Assembly (NCBI GenBank): GCA_002104905.1
Contig: MCFE01000019.1
Location: forward strand, 1-64,000
Reading direction: 5' to 3'
Length of the DNA stretch: 64,000 nucleotides
Origin: Basidiobolus meristosporus CBS 931.73
Lineage: Eukaryota > Fungi > Basidiobolomycota
The notes under the pieces were generated by a model that did no database searches, was not told where the DNA came from, and saw only the letters and a list, made by a program, of their open reading frames with translations. The translations under genes and the position numbers were made by a program. Numbering within the stretch: position 1 is the stretch's first letter; the number at the start of each line of letters is the position of its first letter. This document shows positions 48,357-62,600 of this stretch, piece by piece.

Positions 48357-50389
48357 GCGGAATGAAAAGGTTAATAATTTGGAGATCTTTAAACGGTTTG
48401 CCCCTTATATACCGTAGCAAGTCATATGCAGATAGAATTAAACTCATACATTCGCCAATTAAGGGTCGACTTTTATAGATCTCTACAAGCTCCGTCCTAA
48501 ATGAAACCAGTATGGAATTCGGTATACTGTCGTATATAGTGCGGTTATATAACTGCAGAATATTGCGTGCTTAGAAATATTTCAGATTTCAACGATGTTC
48601 ATCCGCGTTGAAGTACTATTTCCTTTATAGTGAGTTTTTATCGAATCAAACCATATGGCATCGAAATATCGAAGTTTCCATATATGGAACAGGCCAGTGA
48701 CGGGCTATTCCAACGAGCTCCTGAATCTTATTATTATAATATAAAAGTATCGGCAGCTAATACACACAAGCCTATGAACTTCGGGTTCAGCCGTAGCCTA
48801 AGGCCATACAAAAAGGAATTCATTATCCTTTATTGTTGGCTAATTCCAGCTCAACACTGGTCAAGACATCAAGAAATCATGCCTGATAAGAAACCGGCTG
48901 TGGATCAAATATCACCTGACCACTATCCCTATTTCAATTAAACTTCTACCCAACGCAGGCTCAAATGGTATGGAGTGAATGCTAACTAATTATGCTCAAC
49001 CAGTGTATATACCATGCTAGTGGGACAGCGTAGACTGTGGCAACCATGATGAGCTTAGATACGCAGCCATCATTGCAACGATCACTAGCGACGTGTTGAT
49101 GGGCCTGGGGGAATGCAGCGGCTGTTATGCGCACCAATACCGGATCCAAAGCAGCTGGTTTCGGAGCCATTGACTAGAACGCAGTGGCCGTACATCTTTG
49201 TTGAATGGCTATACATTCCAATTGACAATCTGGTTCAGACTGGCTCAGTGGGAACTCTTCGGTTAGAAGGGATACAGTATACCAATCTTCTCATCATGAA
49301 AGGAAGGTTCCATTGAATTCATGTGAGGTCTCTTACACAAGTGTATCTTGTGACCCGGTTCTATGTGGTCTTAATTTTTGGCAGCTGATTTGACATAAAA
49401 CGCTTGCTTGATTTCAATGGATTGGTTCAGATTGATTAATTAGATATGATACCGATTTTTCTGGTTCGATAGAGGTTGAGGATGAGTGATGGGTGATGGG
49501 CGATGGATCAACAGCCGCAGACTCGCATCTTCGGATTTGCTGAGATGCACCCATGATGTGGTTACATACCAGAAGTGTGAATTCCCTCATTGATTTATTG
49601 TTTATGGTAGGAGGCGGATTCTGAGTGGTGATTTGAAGATATGGCATCTGCTGATCAGCCACATGTGATGGCCAACAATCAGATCCAATTCGGATTTGTT
49701 GTGACCATAGGAAAGTGCCTTGTGATAACGAAACAACCATCCCTTATCTCCACAATCATTCGCTAGAGAAGGCACGGGTTCCTTCAGGTTAGTTGGCCCT
49801 CCGATGTATTACAGAAGGGAGTGTTGTAACAGCCACTAGTTTCATTCTGCATGGTCAGGGTTGAGCGAGAAGTTTCGGATTCCTAAACCTAGTTGGTAGG
49901 TAACAGAACCTACTGTTCCACAATAAAGAATGTGAATATTACCTGAATGAACTTCCTACCTGTACTTATTTGTGTCGAAAGACATCGATGTCGAGCCGTT
50001 CGGATTATTCGCGGTGACGATGACACACATTACGTCATATGATTGGCTATTTTTGCTCAGTCATTCATCGCCACAGACCTTGTCTCATAAACTAACCTTT
50101 TCTGTTCACCAGGCTGGAACCCTTGTTACGCAATTGTTTATACGAAATTTAAACTTTCAGCTTGATTGACACGAATTGGTAGCGACCCTATCATAGCCCT
50201 GGTAACGAGTGGCGTAAGTTTGGATCTCCCGTGTGCCAGCATAAATGCACCTGCATGGACCTCAATGTGTGAAAGCAGAGCTCAAATACCTGCAACCCAA
50301 TCCTTACCTACAATGACACCTGCAAGTCTAGTGTAAACAAACCAGAAATAGCTGAGCGATTCCTCCTATCGTTGTTTGCATGTGGGTTT

Positions 50390-50750
50390 ATTGGTCAGAC
50401 GCATTCTCACTCGCATTGATTGGCATCCTTCACCTGGCTCTCACTTAGCATGTATCCACAATTGCATTGCACACCCAGGCAGGATTCATGCCATATGAAG
50501 CGAGGCAAGTTTCCCAGGAATAGAAGATTCTCTCAAAGCAGTGCACGATGGCCAACCAGTATTTTCCAAGAATTTTCTCAGAGCTGTGTAGAGTCAGAGG
50601 TTGCTTAGTATGTGGTGTACGTTGTGCATCCCTATCCATCCAATTCAAGTCCGAAGACTGGGGTGTACAAGGCCCCAAGAGCACTGTTTTCTGGGATTTG
50701 TGGAGCCATTCCTCAAACACGCTATATCCCTGTCGTGAAGCTGTGTATCA
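50390..50750 (-). mobile_element. Possible non-LTR retrotransposon relic (post-RT region)
   Basis: Translation through TGA stops gives CSWGLVHPSLRT*IGWIGMHNVHHILSNL*LYTALRKFLENTGWP. This loosely resembles the L1/Tx1 motif W..lc.P...GGLG..N....N.Al..kwl.rfl...W. Confidence 0.25.
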
Positions 50751-51191
50751 TCACCAATGAGTTTACAGAGTTACAAACTCACCGCCCTCATATCAATAAG
50801 ATCTATTTGACCCATTCATGATCGCTGAGAATAGCAAACGATTGATGCATTCCCACCTTTGAACCCAAACGCACCCTCAACCCATCATGGAAAGATGTAC
50901 GGTGGCATACTAAAAGTCTTTTGAAAACGATGAGAACCTTCATTCAAAATTAATGGCATTCATTTGTTGTTTACATACATATATATTCTCACTAATACAG
51001 ATTGCAAAGAATTCTTAGCAACCTATAAAATCGTTAAAAATGGAGAATTAATCAGAGGTTAAGTTTACGAATTACTTTACACTGGCAGTTAATGAGTTAG
51101 GGGTTAGGGTATATTGTGTGCCGTTAGCTACTCACCGTTTTCATTAAACTAGACTATGATGTCGGTTGGGTATAAAAGTACAACGGAGTGA

Positions 51192-52901
51192 TTAGTCGTC
51201 CTGGTGGATATGATGGAAGTGGCCATGGTGGTCTTCCTTGAAATCCTCCTGCTCGAAACGCTCGGCTTGTGCTTTCCCTTTGACAACATTTACTGTCATG
51301 ATCACAATCAATGGGAAAAACAGCATAGCGAGCAGAGGCCAGAAGGAGTACCGGAGTTCTTTGGTAGCATCAGTGATTGCGCCGGTGATCAAGGGGCCAA
51401 TCCAAGCAGAACCTTTGTCAGTGATCTGGTAAAGGCTAAAGAATTCATTTTCCTTGCCCCTTGGAATAAGTTCCGAGAATAAAACACGGCAGTATGATTG
51501 GGCAGCACCAAGCAGCAGTCCTATCCACACACAGAGGATCCATGCCTCGACTTTGTACTTCACACCAAATGGCGCAACGAACCCTAGTAGGCCATAAATA
51601 GGCAATAGAATATATAACGATAGTATGATGACAATCATTCTCTTTGTCGAGAGGCGGAATGTGCGCTGGATAAACAACCATCCCATGTTGCCAATACCAG
51701 CACATAAAGGCACTATTACACCAGCAATCAAAAGCTCAACATAGCCCAAGCCTAGAGTTGTCTTGGCGAATAGGATGGATACTGATGTGATGGTGTTAAT
51801 GGCGTCGGAGACAAAGAACCATGAAAGAAGGAACACAAAGATTTGTCCTAGCTTTGGGGCGTGGCAAAGGGTTCTGAATACTTTCTTCCATGAATAGAGG
51901 ATATATCTCTCACCCTCGGGTAGAGGAGGACCAGGACGAGGCTTCAACCATTTCAAAGGTACGTAACTAAAGACTAGCCACCACACACTGCTAAAAGCAC
52001 ACGCAATCTGCATGCTACATCAAAACAGATAAGTATTCGGCCTTAACAATGAGTTCAGAAGTGAGCACTAGTACCTGAAAACCGAGCTTCCCATGAAGAA
52101 CACAATTACTGCACCAATAATCAAAACTAATACCCCGGCAAAATATCCCCAAGCCATCCCCTTTCCGGATATTCCATTTGCAATACGTTCTGAGGTTTCG
52201 AGGTATTCGGTGGAAGATCCGTTGACTCGCATTTGAACAACCTCTGGATGGTAACGAGTGAGGGTTGGTATATAGGCCGAGTAAAACAAAAACGAAGCAC
52301 CAAAGCAAATCGTAGCCACACTACTAGTCAAAGCCACCACCCAGTAGAGATCAGGCTTATACGCGGCGAGAATACAAATGCCCGAGATCGAGCCCAATAC
52401 AGCGAAAAACAGAAGCAGGATTTTTCTCCAATCTATGCAATTGTGTCAGTGAATGGCTTTTCCGCACAAAGTCTACAATCAACGTACTTCCATGGTCAGC
52501 AATAGCACCACAACTGATAAACACAATTGCTTGAGCTGCTACTGCGAAGGCGCGAATATAGAGCGAGTAGGTATTGGTATCAATGTATCTACTGCCGAAC
52601 TTCACTACACAAACATAGCCAGTCTCTGAGGTATCACAAGGAGTGACCAAGTCTTGCTTGAAGCCAGCCTCGGCAGCTAGTGATTCGAGAATCAAGGGAA
52701 TAAAAACTGACATTGCAGAAACAGAAAAGGGCTCAATCTACAATAAACAAAACTATCAGCACACTCTAAGAAGGAACCGTTCGGGATAGTTCTTACAGCC
52801 CAAGAGTAGCTATACCAAGCACGCAACTCGGCCTTGGTGACTAAAGAGGCGGAATGTTCCGCTTCCATGTCAAAGTTTTCGACTTTTTTCTGGTCGTCCA
52901 T
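51192..52901 (-). CDS. ATG22: Vacuolar amino-acid effluxer Atg22 (MFS/UMF1), multi-exon
   Basis: ELRAWYSYSWA, VFIPLILESLA, GAIADHG, YSAYIPTLTRYHPEV, ISGKGMAWGY, FLLSWFFVSDAINT, ELIPRGKENEFFSLYQITDKGSAWIGP. Confidence 0.95.
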
Positions 52902-54985
52902 GGTTTACAATTAGAAGGTTAGGTAGAGAAGTTCAGAGTTACTTGGGTTAAGGATTTAATAGAGTTAGTTTTTGTGTAATACCCAGCGGGGGCATGGTGT
53001 ATTTAATCGAAGAACCTCTGAAAACCGGTTTAAGCAGTGTATCAATAAATCCGCGAAGCTTGAACCTTTGCAGAAATGAAAAACACCCAATGAATGTAGC
53101 AGTGACCTTCGACACGGCCTTTTCATTGGTAGCATGAATGAACCTCCATACCAGTTCCTAATCATAGTGCGACATTCCAGGTATGAAAATCCAGTTCAAG
53201 TTAAATTGTATTTTGTAATGGCAGCATTTCGAAGCTATTGGATCCACATTCTGTAAGTGAACAATACGCCAGCCATCCTCTGCTACTGGAAAAAGTCCTC
53301 CAACACAAAATCCAGAAATCAATGTGAGCATCATTAACGATTATGAGTCCGAAGTCACCAAATGAAGCATGTGCGTTTGGAAGCAGGTGTTAATTGGTGT
53401 AACATCCAATAATACATCCCTCGCTTGTGAAACAAACACCTCCAGTGATGAGATTGATACGCGGGGATTCATTTGGTTGACTACACATAATCAACTCATG
53501 AAAGCTGGTGCCTATTCCAAACGTCGTATCACGATGCTTTCGCACTCATTGTGAAAATTACCAAATTCACCGTCCTCTGTTGGTCTATAATGAAGTCGGT
53601 GATGTCTATGTGGGTAGATGGCAGATATAATCAAGAATTCGAAACTATAGATCCGGTTTATGAGCCGAACGGCCAGACGTAACCAATAGGATTGCGGATA
53701 CGGCGAATGTGAAGCGGTAGCATTATAAGGATTTCGACCATTTGCCATATATAGGGAGGCTTCTATAGATCCGCATAGAATTAAGGTTTACCTTTACAGT
53801 AGGTTGCTGTTTGAAATGGAGCAAGCGAAATGCTTTACTTGTTGAATAACTATTGGTGTCCTATTCTGGCAGGCAGGCATAAATGAAAAGCGGCAGCAGA
53901 GACAAGAGGAGGATCAAGTGGACGTATTGTGCCCCATAGAATCCTAGCACCGTGACCATATAACAAAGACATCGGCTAAGCAGTTAGCATCAGGAGGCGC
54001 GTGATGCTTGAGACGTCGTCAACTGATGTAGTGGCGTGAGGGAAGTGGTAGAATCATACTTTATCGATTTATGCTGAGAAGTCTGGATGCTCTGGAATCC
54101 TTGCAATCACGTTTTGTTTGGGAGATTTGTGTGGCTTGGAAATCATGAGTCCGACTCAAAATAGTAAATTGGGATTAGGTTTGATTGCCTTCATTTGGAA
54201 CACAGAAGGACATAAGTGGCACAACTGCTTCCATCAGCCTTTTGCAATTACCCATCACTGACTCATTTTGCTTTGCATAGCTTCATATTAAGCGGTTGCA
54301 ATAAATAAATAACGTATTCCTTCGCTTGGGCTTGCCCTCGTGAGGGAGCACTAATAAATACCAAATCCTGAACGCAAGTTCCCGCTGTGAGAGAAGCGTA
54401 GTGTCATACTGGCTCTTGATTAAAGGAATGGTATCATGGCCTTTAGTGTACGTGAAGAGCAGATAAATGACTATACTGAAACACTCATCTGCAAGAGCTC
54501 AATCAGCAGTTGACCCTTATGGATGGAAGATCTCAAGCCTTGTACGAAATTAAGCATGCTTCATGTAGTGAAATTTTTTTAAAAAATGGCACAATCGTTA
54601 CTTTGAACCATCCTCATATACCAATATATATAGAACCGCTATATATAGTAGCCAAGTATTTGTTCAGCGTTGAAGCCAAGGCATTTTGGGCCCAGACAAG
54701 TGTAGCTCTCTATCAGTTATTCATAATTCAGAACAAACTCAATTCTAGGTACGAAGATATGCAAGAAAGTCACAATCACATATTAGATGGAGATTTTTTT
54801 GATTTGGACTTACTGGTCAAGCGCACTACAAATAATATATATCGTAGTTCGCTGATTGGTCAAATCCTGTTGTGTTTACCAAAATACTAAGTGTTCTGTT
54901 TGTTTTGATCAAAAGCTATATCCCAAAGAACACTCCACGGAGAGAGCAGCCAACTTATCCCTCCCAAAGTATACTATAGTATAAC

Positions 54986-56629
54986 ATGACCAAGGCGCAA
55001 GACCTACCTTCGTTAACAGCTGAGTTGGAAAAGATGGAACAGAACATCACTCTGACGCTTCAGGAGATCGATAGAAACCTCTCTAGTTGCTACGACACCG
55101 TTACAAACAATCTGCTACCAAGAATCGACCAATTTGGCGACATTTCCAAGCAGATTTTAGATGATGCTAAGGTATTTTTCACCCGTCCCTATCAATGTTA
55201 GCGTTTACTAAACTATACTTTGCACCTATAGCCTTGGCTTCAATTCTTTGAATTGGTCAATGAGTTTGAAAATATTAGCGAGAAAATCGAAAACACCTTC
55301 GAGTCTCCAAGTGTCAAAACTAGTCCTGGAAATCGTATTTTCGAGTCTCCAACCCCTGATACCCGACACACGCCCGAATACGAGAATTCACCCGCTTATC
55401 CCGTGTTGCAAAGTCAACATACCCTTACTCCAGGAAGAAAACCTGATATGCCCAAAATGAACACCCCCCTATTGCAACAGGTCTTTGCTAAAACTCCACA
55501 AACTCAAACCGTCCCTCGTTCTGTCCGCTCTGTTCGCTTTACCCACGACACTAAATTTGGAGATGAGAATTTCCGAGAGGTTAGCACCCCATCTTCTATC
55601 AAAAAGGGCGTGTTGAAAACACCAACTACCGCTGCTACTGGTCAGTCGTCTGCCGGCCCAACTCCGCGTAGTATTCGATCAATTTTATTGGCAAGCAGAG
55701 CCAGCTCGGAGCGCAAGCCAGCTGTTCAATCTGCTGCACTCCCGTCACGCATGCGTGAAATCAAATTCGAGAGTGAGTCGCCCGAGAACTCACCTACGCC
55801 AACAGATACTCCGTTTTCCTCCGTGGATGATAATCTCACATTCAACGCTCTTTCTCCTCCACCAACTCCCCAGAGCAATAATTTCAGCAGTCACTCTTGC
55901 CCTAGCACTGGTGTACAAAGTCATCGTAGCTACAATAGCAACTCCAGTATGGAGGAGCCTAAATTGAAGACCCCATTTGCTAAATTCTATAGCGATGCCG
56001 GTTCAAACAGCACCGATATTGACACGCCCACGCTGTTCACCAAAAATCTTGATAGAATGAGCGTCGATGACCTGTTGGATTCTGATCGGTCTTCTATCAG
56101 CGCTCCTAATTCCAAGATGTTTGATGATAATTCACCATGCCCACAGCTTCGTTTGTTCCACAGGTACTCGAACGACGAAGACACAGAAACAACCACTGAT
56201 GAAGGTAGACCCGTTTTTACTAGCATTCGTATATTTGATGATACCGACTCTTCTATGTTAGAGAAATCACCGGAGTTCAAACTCGACCTGTTTCCCAAGG
56301 CTTTTCAGGTAGGTACATGTTGACCGTACCAAAGCCCGCATAGCTCTCTAACTTTTCCATTTCAAAGGAACCACCTGGTTCTGATCAATTAGCATCTCTC
56401 TATGACCAATTTAGACTGGCGCCTGAGAAAGTCCTTGTAAGCAGCCGATTATAGAGTTAGATATTTTCAGTACCCCCTTAACACAGTTTACTTCTAGGGC
56501 ATGGATGATCTCCAAGCTGCTTTACCCGACTTTGGCGGAGAACGTATAAATCTTCTAATTAATTTACTTGTTCGTCGCAAGTTTGTCACCCGCTCCAGCA
56601 AATCTGATGGATGGAGTATGAGAAAGTAG
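54986..56629 (+). CDS. ASK1: DASH/Dam1 complex subunit Ask1 (exons 54986-55171, 55232-56308, 56368-56436, 56498-56629)
   Basis: ELEKMEQNITLTLQEIDRNLS...NLLPRIDQF...K|PWLQFFE is the DASH_Ask1 domain. A long S/T-P-rich linker and a folded-looking C-terminus follow. All three introns are phase 0. Confidence 0.85.
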
Positions 56630-58138
56630 GCAATACCGTAAACTTCCCTAGGATCTTCTATCCTTCGAATAGTACGCCATCTCGGAGTAAACGGGGTTCC
56701 CAACTGGAATTGCTCTTCCCTGTCGCTTGTACCTTCCGTACTCATCACCTTGATCATTTTCTCCAATTTTGTACACATTCTCACCCGAATTCAACTTAAA
56801 TATTGTTTATTATAAATATACGTGACAATCCCCCTTTTCGTTCCAAATGGTATGTCCTAGGTCAGCTGAACTGTTCAGCAAAGGCGATCGGTATAATCTC
56901 GTAATAAACATTGAGAAGCTGGACTCACAAGTAAACTTCAGGATGAGACAACACCCAGGAATCAAGAGTTGAACTCGGTCTTCCCCAGAGGGATCACAGT
57001 ACTAGCCATGGAGTATGTAAAGAACAACATTGCTTGACTGCATTGATCATGGGTATATGGTTATAAGCCCTGACCCTAAACTGATATTGCTTTGGTAGTG
57101 CCTTTAGCTTCAATCAAACTACAAACCTTCTGAAGAATGGAAATACGTTCTTCCGTCATAGCCCCTAAATAGCCTAGACATACCCTAAGAGACGATTGCA
57201 ATGCAGTTGAGATCCAATGGGCCTGAAAGATATTTGCAACCTAGGGCAAGTTTTATATCCAGATAACAACAGGAAAGCTCCTCTAATCCTGATGTCACCG
57301 TAATCTCAAAAAATTCGCTCAGGAGCTGATTCTGGTCTATGAACAAGCCGATATGCAATGACCATGTAGCAGCAGCCCAATGTTGATGATCTGATTGAGG
57401 GTATCAGTAGTAAGCAATTGTCGCGTAGTTTCCGGTGGCCTCGGGGGTCCAAATACGTTTCCTCCCAATTGCCTTAAACCATCCCATATGGATCGGGGAT
57501 CTTTGATTCCTGTATGTACCATCACTACTCATCACAGCTGAACAAGTTTCTAATCATACTGGGGAATACCAGGTACCCAGTCCTAGCTGTATTCGGATGG
57601 TCACTCTGCGCCCGAGAGAAGGGTTGATCTGTGCTGATGTGCAATATCATGGCAGCGTACCTTTTCTTCGAATCCTATCATACAGCCAGCAGATGGCCTT
57701 ACTTTTAGAACCGCATCCCCATCCCCATCCCCATCTTGCAGTTACTAACAATGGTGATATCGGTATAAGACATTTTTGGCCCCCCTCCCCTTAATCACTA
57801 TTCCATTTGAAGTGTACTTTATTCATTACCAACAAATATTCCAATCTTGCTAGGCTCTGTTTGAAAATTGGGTCGGTAGGTGGAAATATAGTATCATGAT
57901 TATCAAAGATAGTCCCTATTTTAGCGGTGTTATATTGTGATTGTACGAATATCATTCGTCGAAATTCGCGAATCGATAACAAGGCTGCTTCTAGGAGGGA
58001 TGACGTTCTTGATGGATCCGTATTTGTGGCCAATATTCGTCATAATTTCTCCTGTATTTATCGCTGCCACTGTTTCTCTCCTCTTAAACTACCCTTTACT
58101 CCCTCCTCACCCAGCGTTGTTTTCTTACCTACACCAAT

Positions 58139-59065
58139 ATGGAATCCTCCAGAGCTGATCAGGTTTACATGGCTAAGCTCGCCGAGCAGGCCGAAAGATA
58201 CGATGGTATGTTCTTCGCCCACTTTGCGGGCGAGGAAGAAAGATTGCCCTCATCTGAAAAGTTATTAACCCTTTCTTTTCAACGCAGAGATGGTTGAAAG
58301 CATGAAGTTGGTTGCTGCTGGAAACGAAGAACTTTCTGTCGAGGAACGTAACCTTCTCTCCGTTGCCTACAAAAACGTCATCGGAGCTCGTCGTGCTTCT
58401 TGGCGCATTGTCTCCTCCATTGAGCAAAAGGAGGAGAGCAAGGGCAACGAAGCCCAAGTTGCCAAGATCAAGTCTTACAGAAACACCATTGAGCAAGAGC
58501 TTACCGATATTTGCAAAGATATACTGAAGGTCCTTGACGAATACCTTGTCCCCAAGGCTAGCAGCGGCGAATCCAAGGTCTTCTACCTTAAGATGTAAGT
58601 GGAATAGGATTTCATCAGACAGTATGTGCTCTTGGCTGAACAGACCCGCTTGCTTGTAGGAAAGGAGATTATTACCGCTATCTTTCCGAGTTTGCCTCCG
58701 AAAGCCAACGGAACGAGACTGCCGAGAAATCTTTGGAAGCCTACAAATCTGCTAGTGACGTCGCAGTGACTGAACTCGCTCCTACCCATCCAATTCGCCT
58801 TGGTCTTGCCTTGAACTTCTCTGTCTTCTACTACGAGATTCTGAACTCTCCCGATCGTGCCTGCCACCTTGCTAAGCAAGCATTCGATGACGCCATCGCC
58901 GAGCTTGATACTCTGAGCGAAGAGTCTTACAAGGATAGCACGCTGATCATGCAATTGTTGAGAGATAACCTTACTCTTTGGACTTCAGACATCCAGGACT
59001 CGGAAGCTGCCGAGAACAAGGATGCTATGGAGACCGAAGAAGAGGACAAAAAAGAAGAGAATTAA
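58139..59065 (+). CDS. BMH1: 14-3-3 protein (Bmh1/Rad24 homolog; exons 58139-58205, 58288-58594, 58660-59065)
   Basis: [13 protein letters not shown]|[27 protein letters not shown]|[49 protein letters not shown]. Confidence 0.98.
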
Positions 59066-59670
59066 ATTGGACTCAGCCACATTGTTACATTTAATTAATC
59101 TACACAACTGTATTAAAGACTCTTCGATATCTTTTCGAAACATGCTTTTCTCGAGCCTTGCTTTGGACCACTCCAGAGCACTCACGGCCATTGAATCAAT
59201 CTACATAAATCACCATGTTCTTGGAGGGCGGCATGAATCCCAATTTCGTTGGCGTACTGCGGTCTGTAGAGAGAAGGCCGAGGGTATCGATTAGCTGGCT
59301 CATGGCGTACCAGCCCATTTGTTTGTGGTATTGTACACAAGAGGGCTGGATGACGCGGTTACACATGGATATCGCGATTTACAGACTTCAGGCAATCATA
59401 TCGCCAATAGGGTTGCTTGAAGACCATTGTTTATGTATGGATGGAATGAGGTCAATGTGATGAGATGTGCGTGGAAATGTAATGTCGAAACCAAAATTGC
59501 AGATGTATTGGGTATGGAAGACCGAATGAATATCGTGGCCGGAGGTATTGACGATGTTAGTGGTTAGATTAAGGGATTAATTTACACAGTTGGTCAGTGT
59601 TAATAGGTGCCAACTTTGATGTTCGTATTTCTATGGGTTGAGTGGAATAATGCTACAGGGGTTATGGGAC

Positions 59671-59697
59671 GCAGTGACTCGCAGTGACTCGCAGTGA
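59671..59697. repeat. 10-bp tandem repeat (GCAGTGACTC x2.7)
   Basis: gcagtgactc gcagtgactc gcagtga seen directly. Confidence 0.8.
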
Positions 59698-62600
59698 TTT
59701 CTTTTTGGCAGCGCCGAATGCTTACGCGTTTGTTTTGTTTACTACGTGAGCTACGCAGGGTGCTGCTAGTTTACGATAGGGTAGAGTATTCTGGGGTATA
59801 ATTAAGTTCGCAACCCTCATCCGGTTGCAGGGGAATCGGAGGCAGATTCTATCTTTGGTCTGGGCATACGGCGAAGTCGTATCCATTCGGCTGGTGCCTG
59901 GACTGAGTCGTGGGTGTGTGTAAGCAACAAATAGAAATTGGTTAGGATGTAGCCCATATTCTTGGAACTCGGTATGATGGTGTCGTGGTGTAGAATAATC
60001 AACCTGGGGAAAATAGAATGCTGGCTATGCGTCACACGATGACAGGTATGCTCTATAACATCCAGAAGTCTTTTGACTGGTGGGCTGATCTAATGAAGAA
60101 CTGTGTGGATGTATTGAACACAGAATGATGAATATTCTCACTTCCTGTGAATTCCTTATATATGTAAGCAACCCAGCAACTTGTGTATGGCGGGTGATGA
60201 TCGTATGAACAGGTTGACTCATCATTTTCCATTCACCGGAAACACAGGATGATGAAAAGATTCAACATACTTGACCATTTTGAGAATCATGTGAATCACC
60301 TCTTACGCCCTCATCAATGGACACATTTTTGGCTGAATTAATATGCTAGAGCAAACCATGGCTGAGCTTGTTCTCTTGGGCCACCGCACTGGAGGATGTG
60401 ATTTCATCGCACCATCATGAATATGGAGCGGCCTGCTCAGAGATGGCATATGCCGTGACTGCAGTTGCCAACAGTTTAACCGGCATCCACTTCGTCGTGT
60501 CTATGTTCGATTCCCTTGGTATACGCTAGTCAATGCCCGGGGATCTGCATATGTCTAGGCTGCTTACATGCTCTATACACCACCCCTTCGTAACATTTCG
60601 TGGCCAAGCTCACCATACCATATAGAAGCGATTCTACATTCAGATCATATGAGCCAGCCACCAGCATGTCAAATAGCAGAAACCGTAGCGGATCATGATG
60701 TTGTGAAGCCTGGTCATATCGATGTCGAGGCAATGATTAAATTCAGCCACCATCGTCGTAGATGACTGTTGGACTATAATGGTGACACAAGAACAAGTTC
60801 TGGCCAAAAAGAGTGCGCTTCATTCGGCATAAGTTCTCTAAAAAAGGTCACTCCTCTAGGTAACAATGATACTCAATGACACCAACTTTGATCAAGGGTT
60901 GATGGGGAAGGGGGTTGGTGGCATTGAGGATCTATTCTTTATGGTGCCATATTGAGCTCAATCTGCGACGATCCGTGGCGTTGGGAGCAGATGGAACTGG
61001 CGCCGGCAGATTCAATACTAGGATTCATGGCCACCAGAATGTGCAATATGGGGTAAATGACATGGTGTTGGATAGCTCAGAAAACCGGGGATTGTGTTTG
61101 TCAGGCAGGTGGTGGGTGAGTCAGGTTATGTCGCCATCAAATCTCTCCCTATTGCATAACCACTGATGTATTTGACAGCAGCCTTGCTACACTACCTCAT
61201 GAGGTCGATTTTGGTCAAGCCCTCCCACAACCTTGATACAAACCCCTCCATAAACCGGGTTACATGACAAACAAGCACAAGGCAAAATCGTTCCTCTTAA
61301 AACCCAAAGAACACACGATTGCACTGGAGTTGGCACACTAGTGCACCTTCAGCAGGTTCACAGTACCGGTCCTGGGTAAGCAATAGGAAGACGTCCATAG
61401 GTGTATCCAAATGGTCGGGATTTCATAGAACACAACAGGCTACTTCAGGCCTTCATTTGAATGCATAGGCAGGGATCTTCATCATCAGAGTTGTGAAACC
61501 ACCAATTCAGCAACATTATTCTAAGGCACCAGGCTCCTTTGTTATACAGTCAAGATACTTTTCATTATCCGAACTTCTAAGACACTCGTGACCACTGCTA
61601 TAGGGTTTGGTGATCCCCATCACACTAAATCATTTCAAAACCTTTGTGAGGGATGCTGTAATGCTCGCATACATCTAGCCAATGCCTCTTTGTCCTTCGA
61701 TTGGTAGATGCATACATCTCTAGACTGGGAGTTTCATTGGTTACCTCGCTGATGGCACTACTACATCACTTGGTTTTGGTATATCTAGCCAAAGAGTAAC
61801 AGTGGGGGATGCCAATTAAGATGTAGATCTACAAGGCTCTTATCAACTCAAGTGTGATGATGCTTGTAGCCAAACTTCTAATTCGTATTATCCAGTAGCA
61901 CTTGGTGTGATGAACCTGGGCTTCCTTAGGCGTGTGAATTCATGGTGTTCGATATTGGAGAGCAGTAAATGTGTTTATATTTCAGAACCCAATGGCAGGG
62001 TGTTGTGGTGCGAAAGACACCAAACCCTCCTACCTCAGACAATATTTCTGAACCCCTCTCATGCGACGTTTTTATCATCCACTCCCCTCTATGCACCGGT
62101 TTTGGTGAAGATATATCCTGCAGCCGTGCAAACATTTCGTATCATTTGAAGCTTTGCTCCAGAAGCTAGGACTCCCTGGTCTGCGCCTAGGCAAGGCATA
62201 TCAGAGGAAACCAACTATGGTCCTTGGAGTTGCTTCTGAGATGTATATCAATTCTAGAGATCGCTTAATGTGGCTAAGCGATACCACACCTGCATCGAAT
62301 TGAACATTGATGCGAAATGCTTGTGGCTGAAGGGCATCCATTGGCGAGACACTTTGATGCATGAGAGTAATGCTTCATGAATGAACCAAGGAAGTGACAA
62401 ATGGCACACGGGCTTTGGAAAGCTGTGAACGCCAAATCGGGTTGCTTGCTATTAATCCGAGTGACATTATCCAAATAGAATCAGCGGATGGCACGTCGTG
62501 GTTTTTGACTTGTTGACTTTATTCTCATGCTCAACAAGCCACATGAGCTCATCTGATGCGGGCAGAAAGAGCCCCAGTTTTGGTGATACCCACTATAGAG

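Noticed and set aside
54510-54890. 126-codon ORF upstream of ASK1 (non-ATG start); similarly 48630-48941 and 57791-58033
   Set aside because: No family resemblance or supporting splice structure. They are probably chance ORFs in promoter or intergenic DNA.
60530-60800. LRFLLFDMLVAGSYDL, resembling a DNA ligase or capping-enzyme motif
   Set aside because: No KxDG motif, the frame is broken by stops, and a single short motif is not enough.
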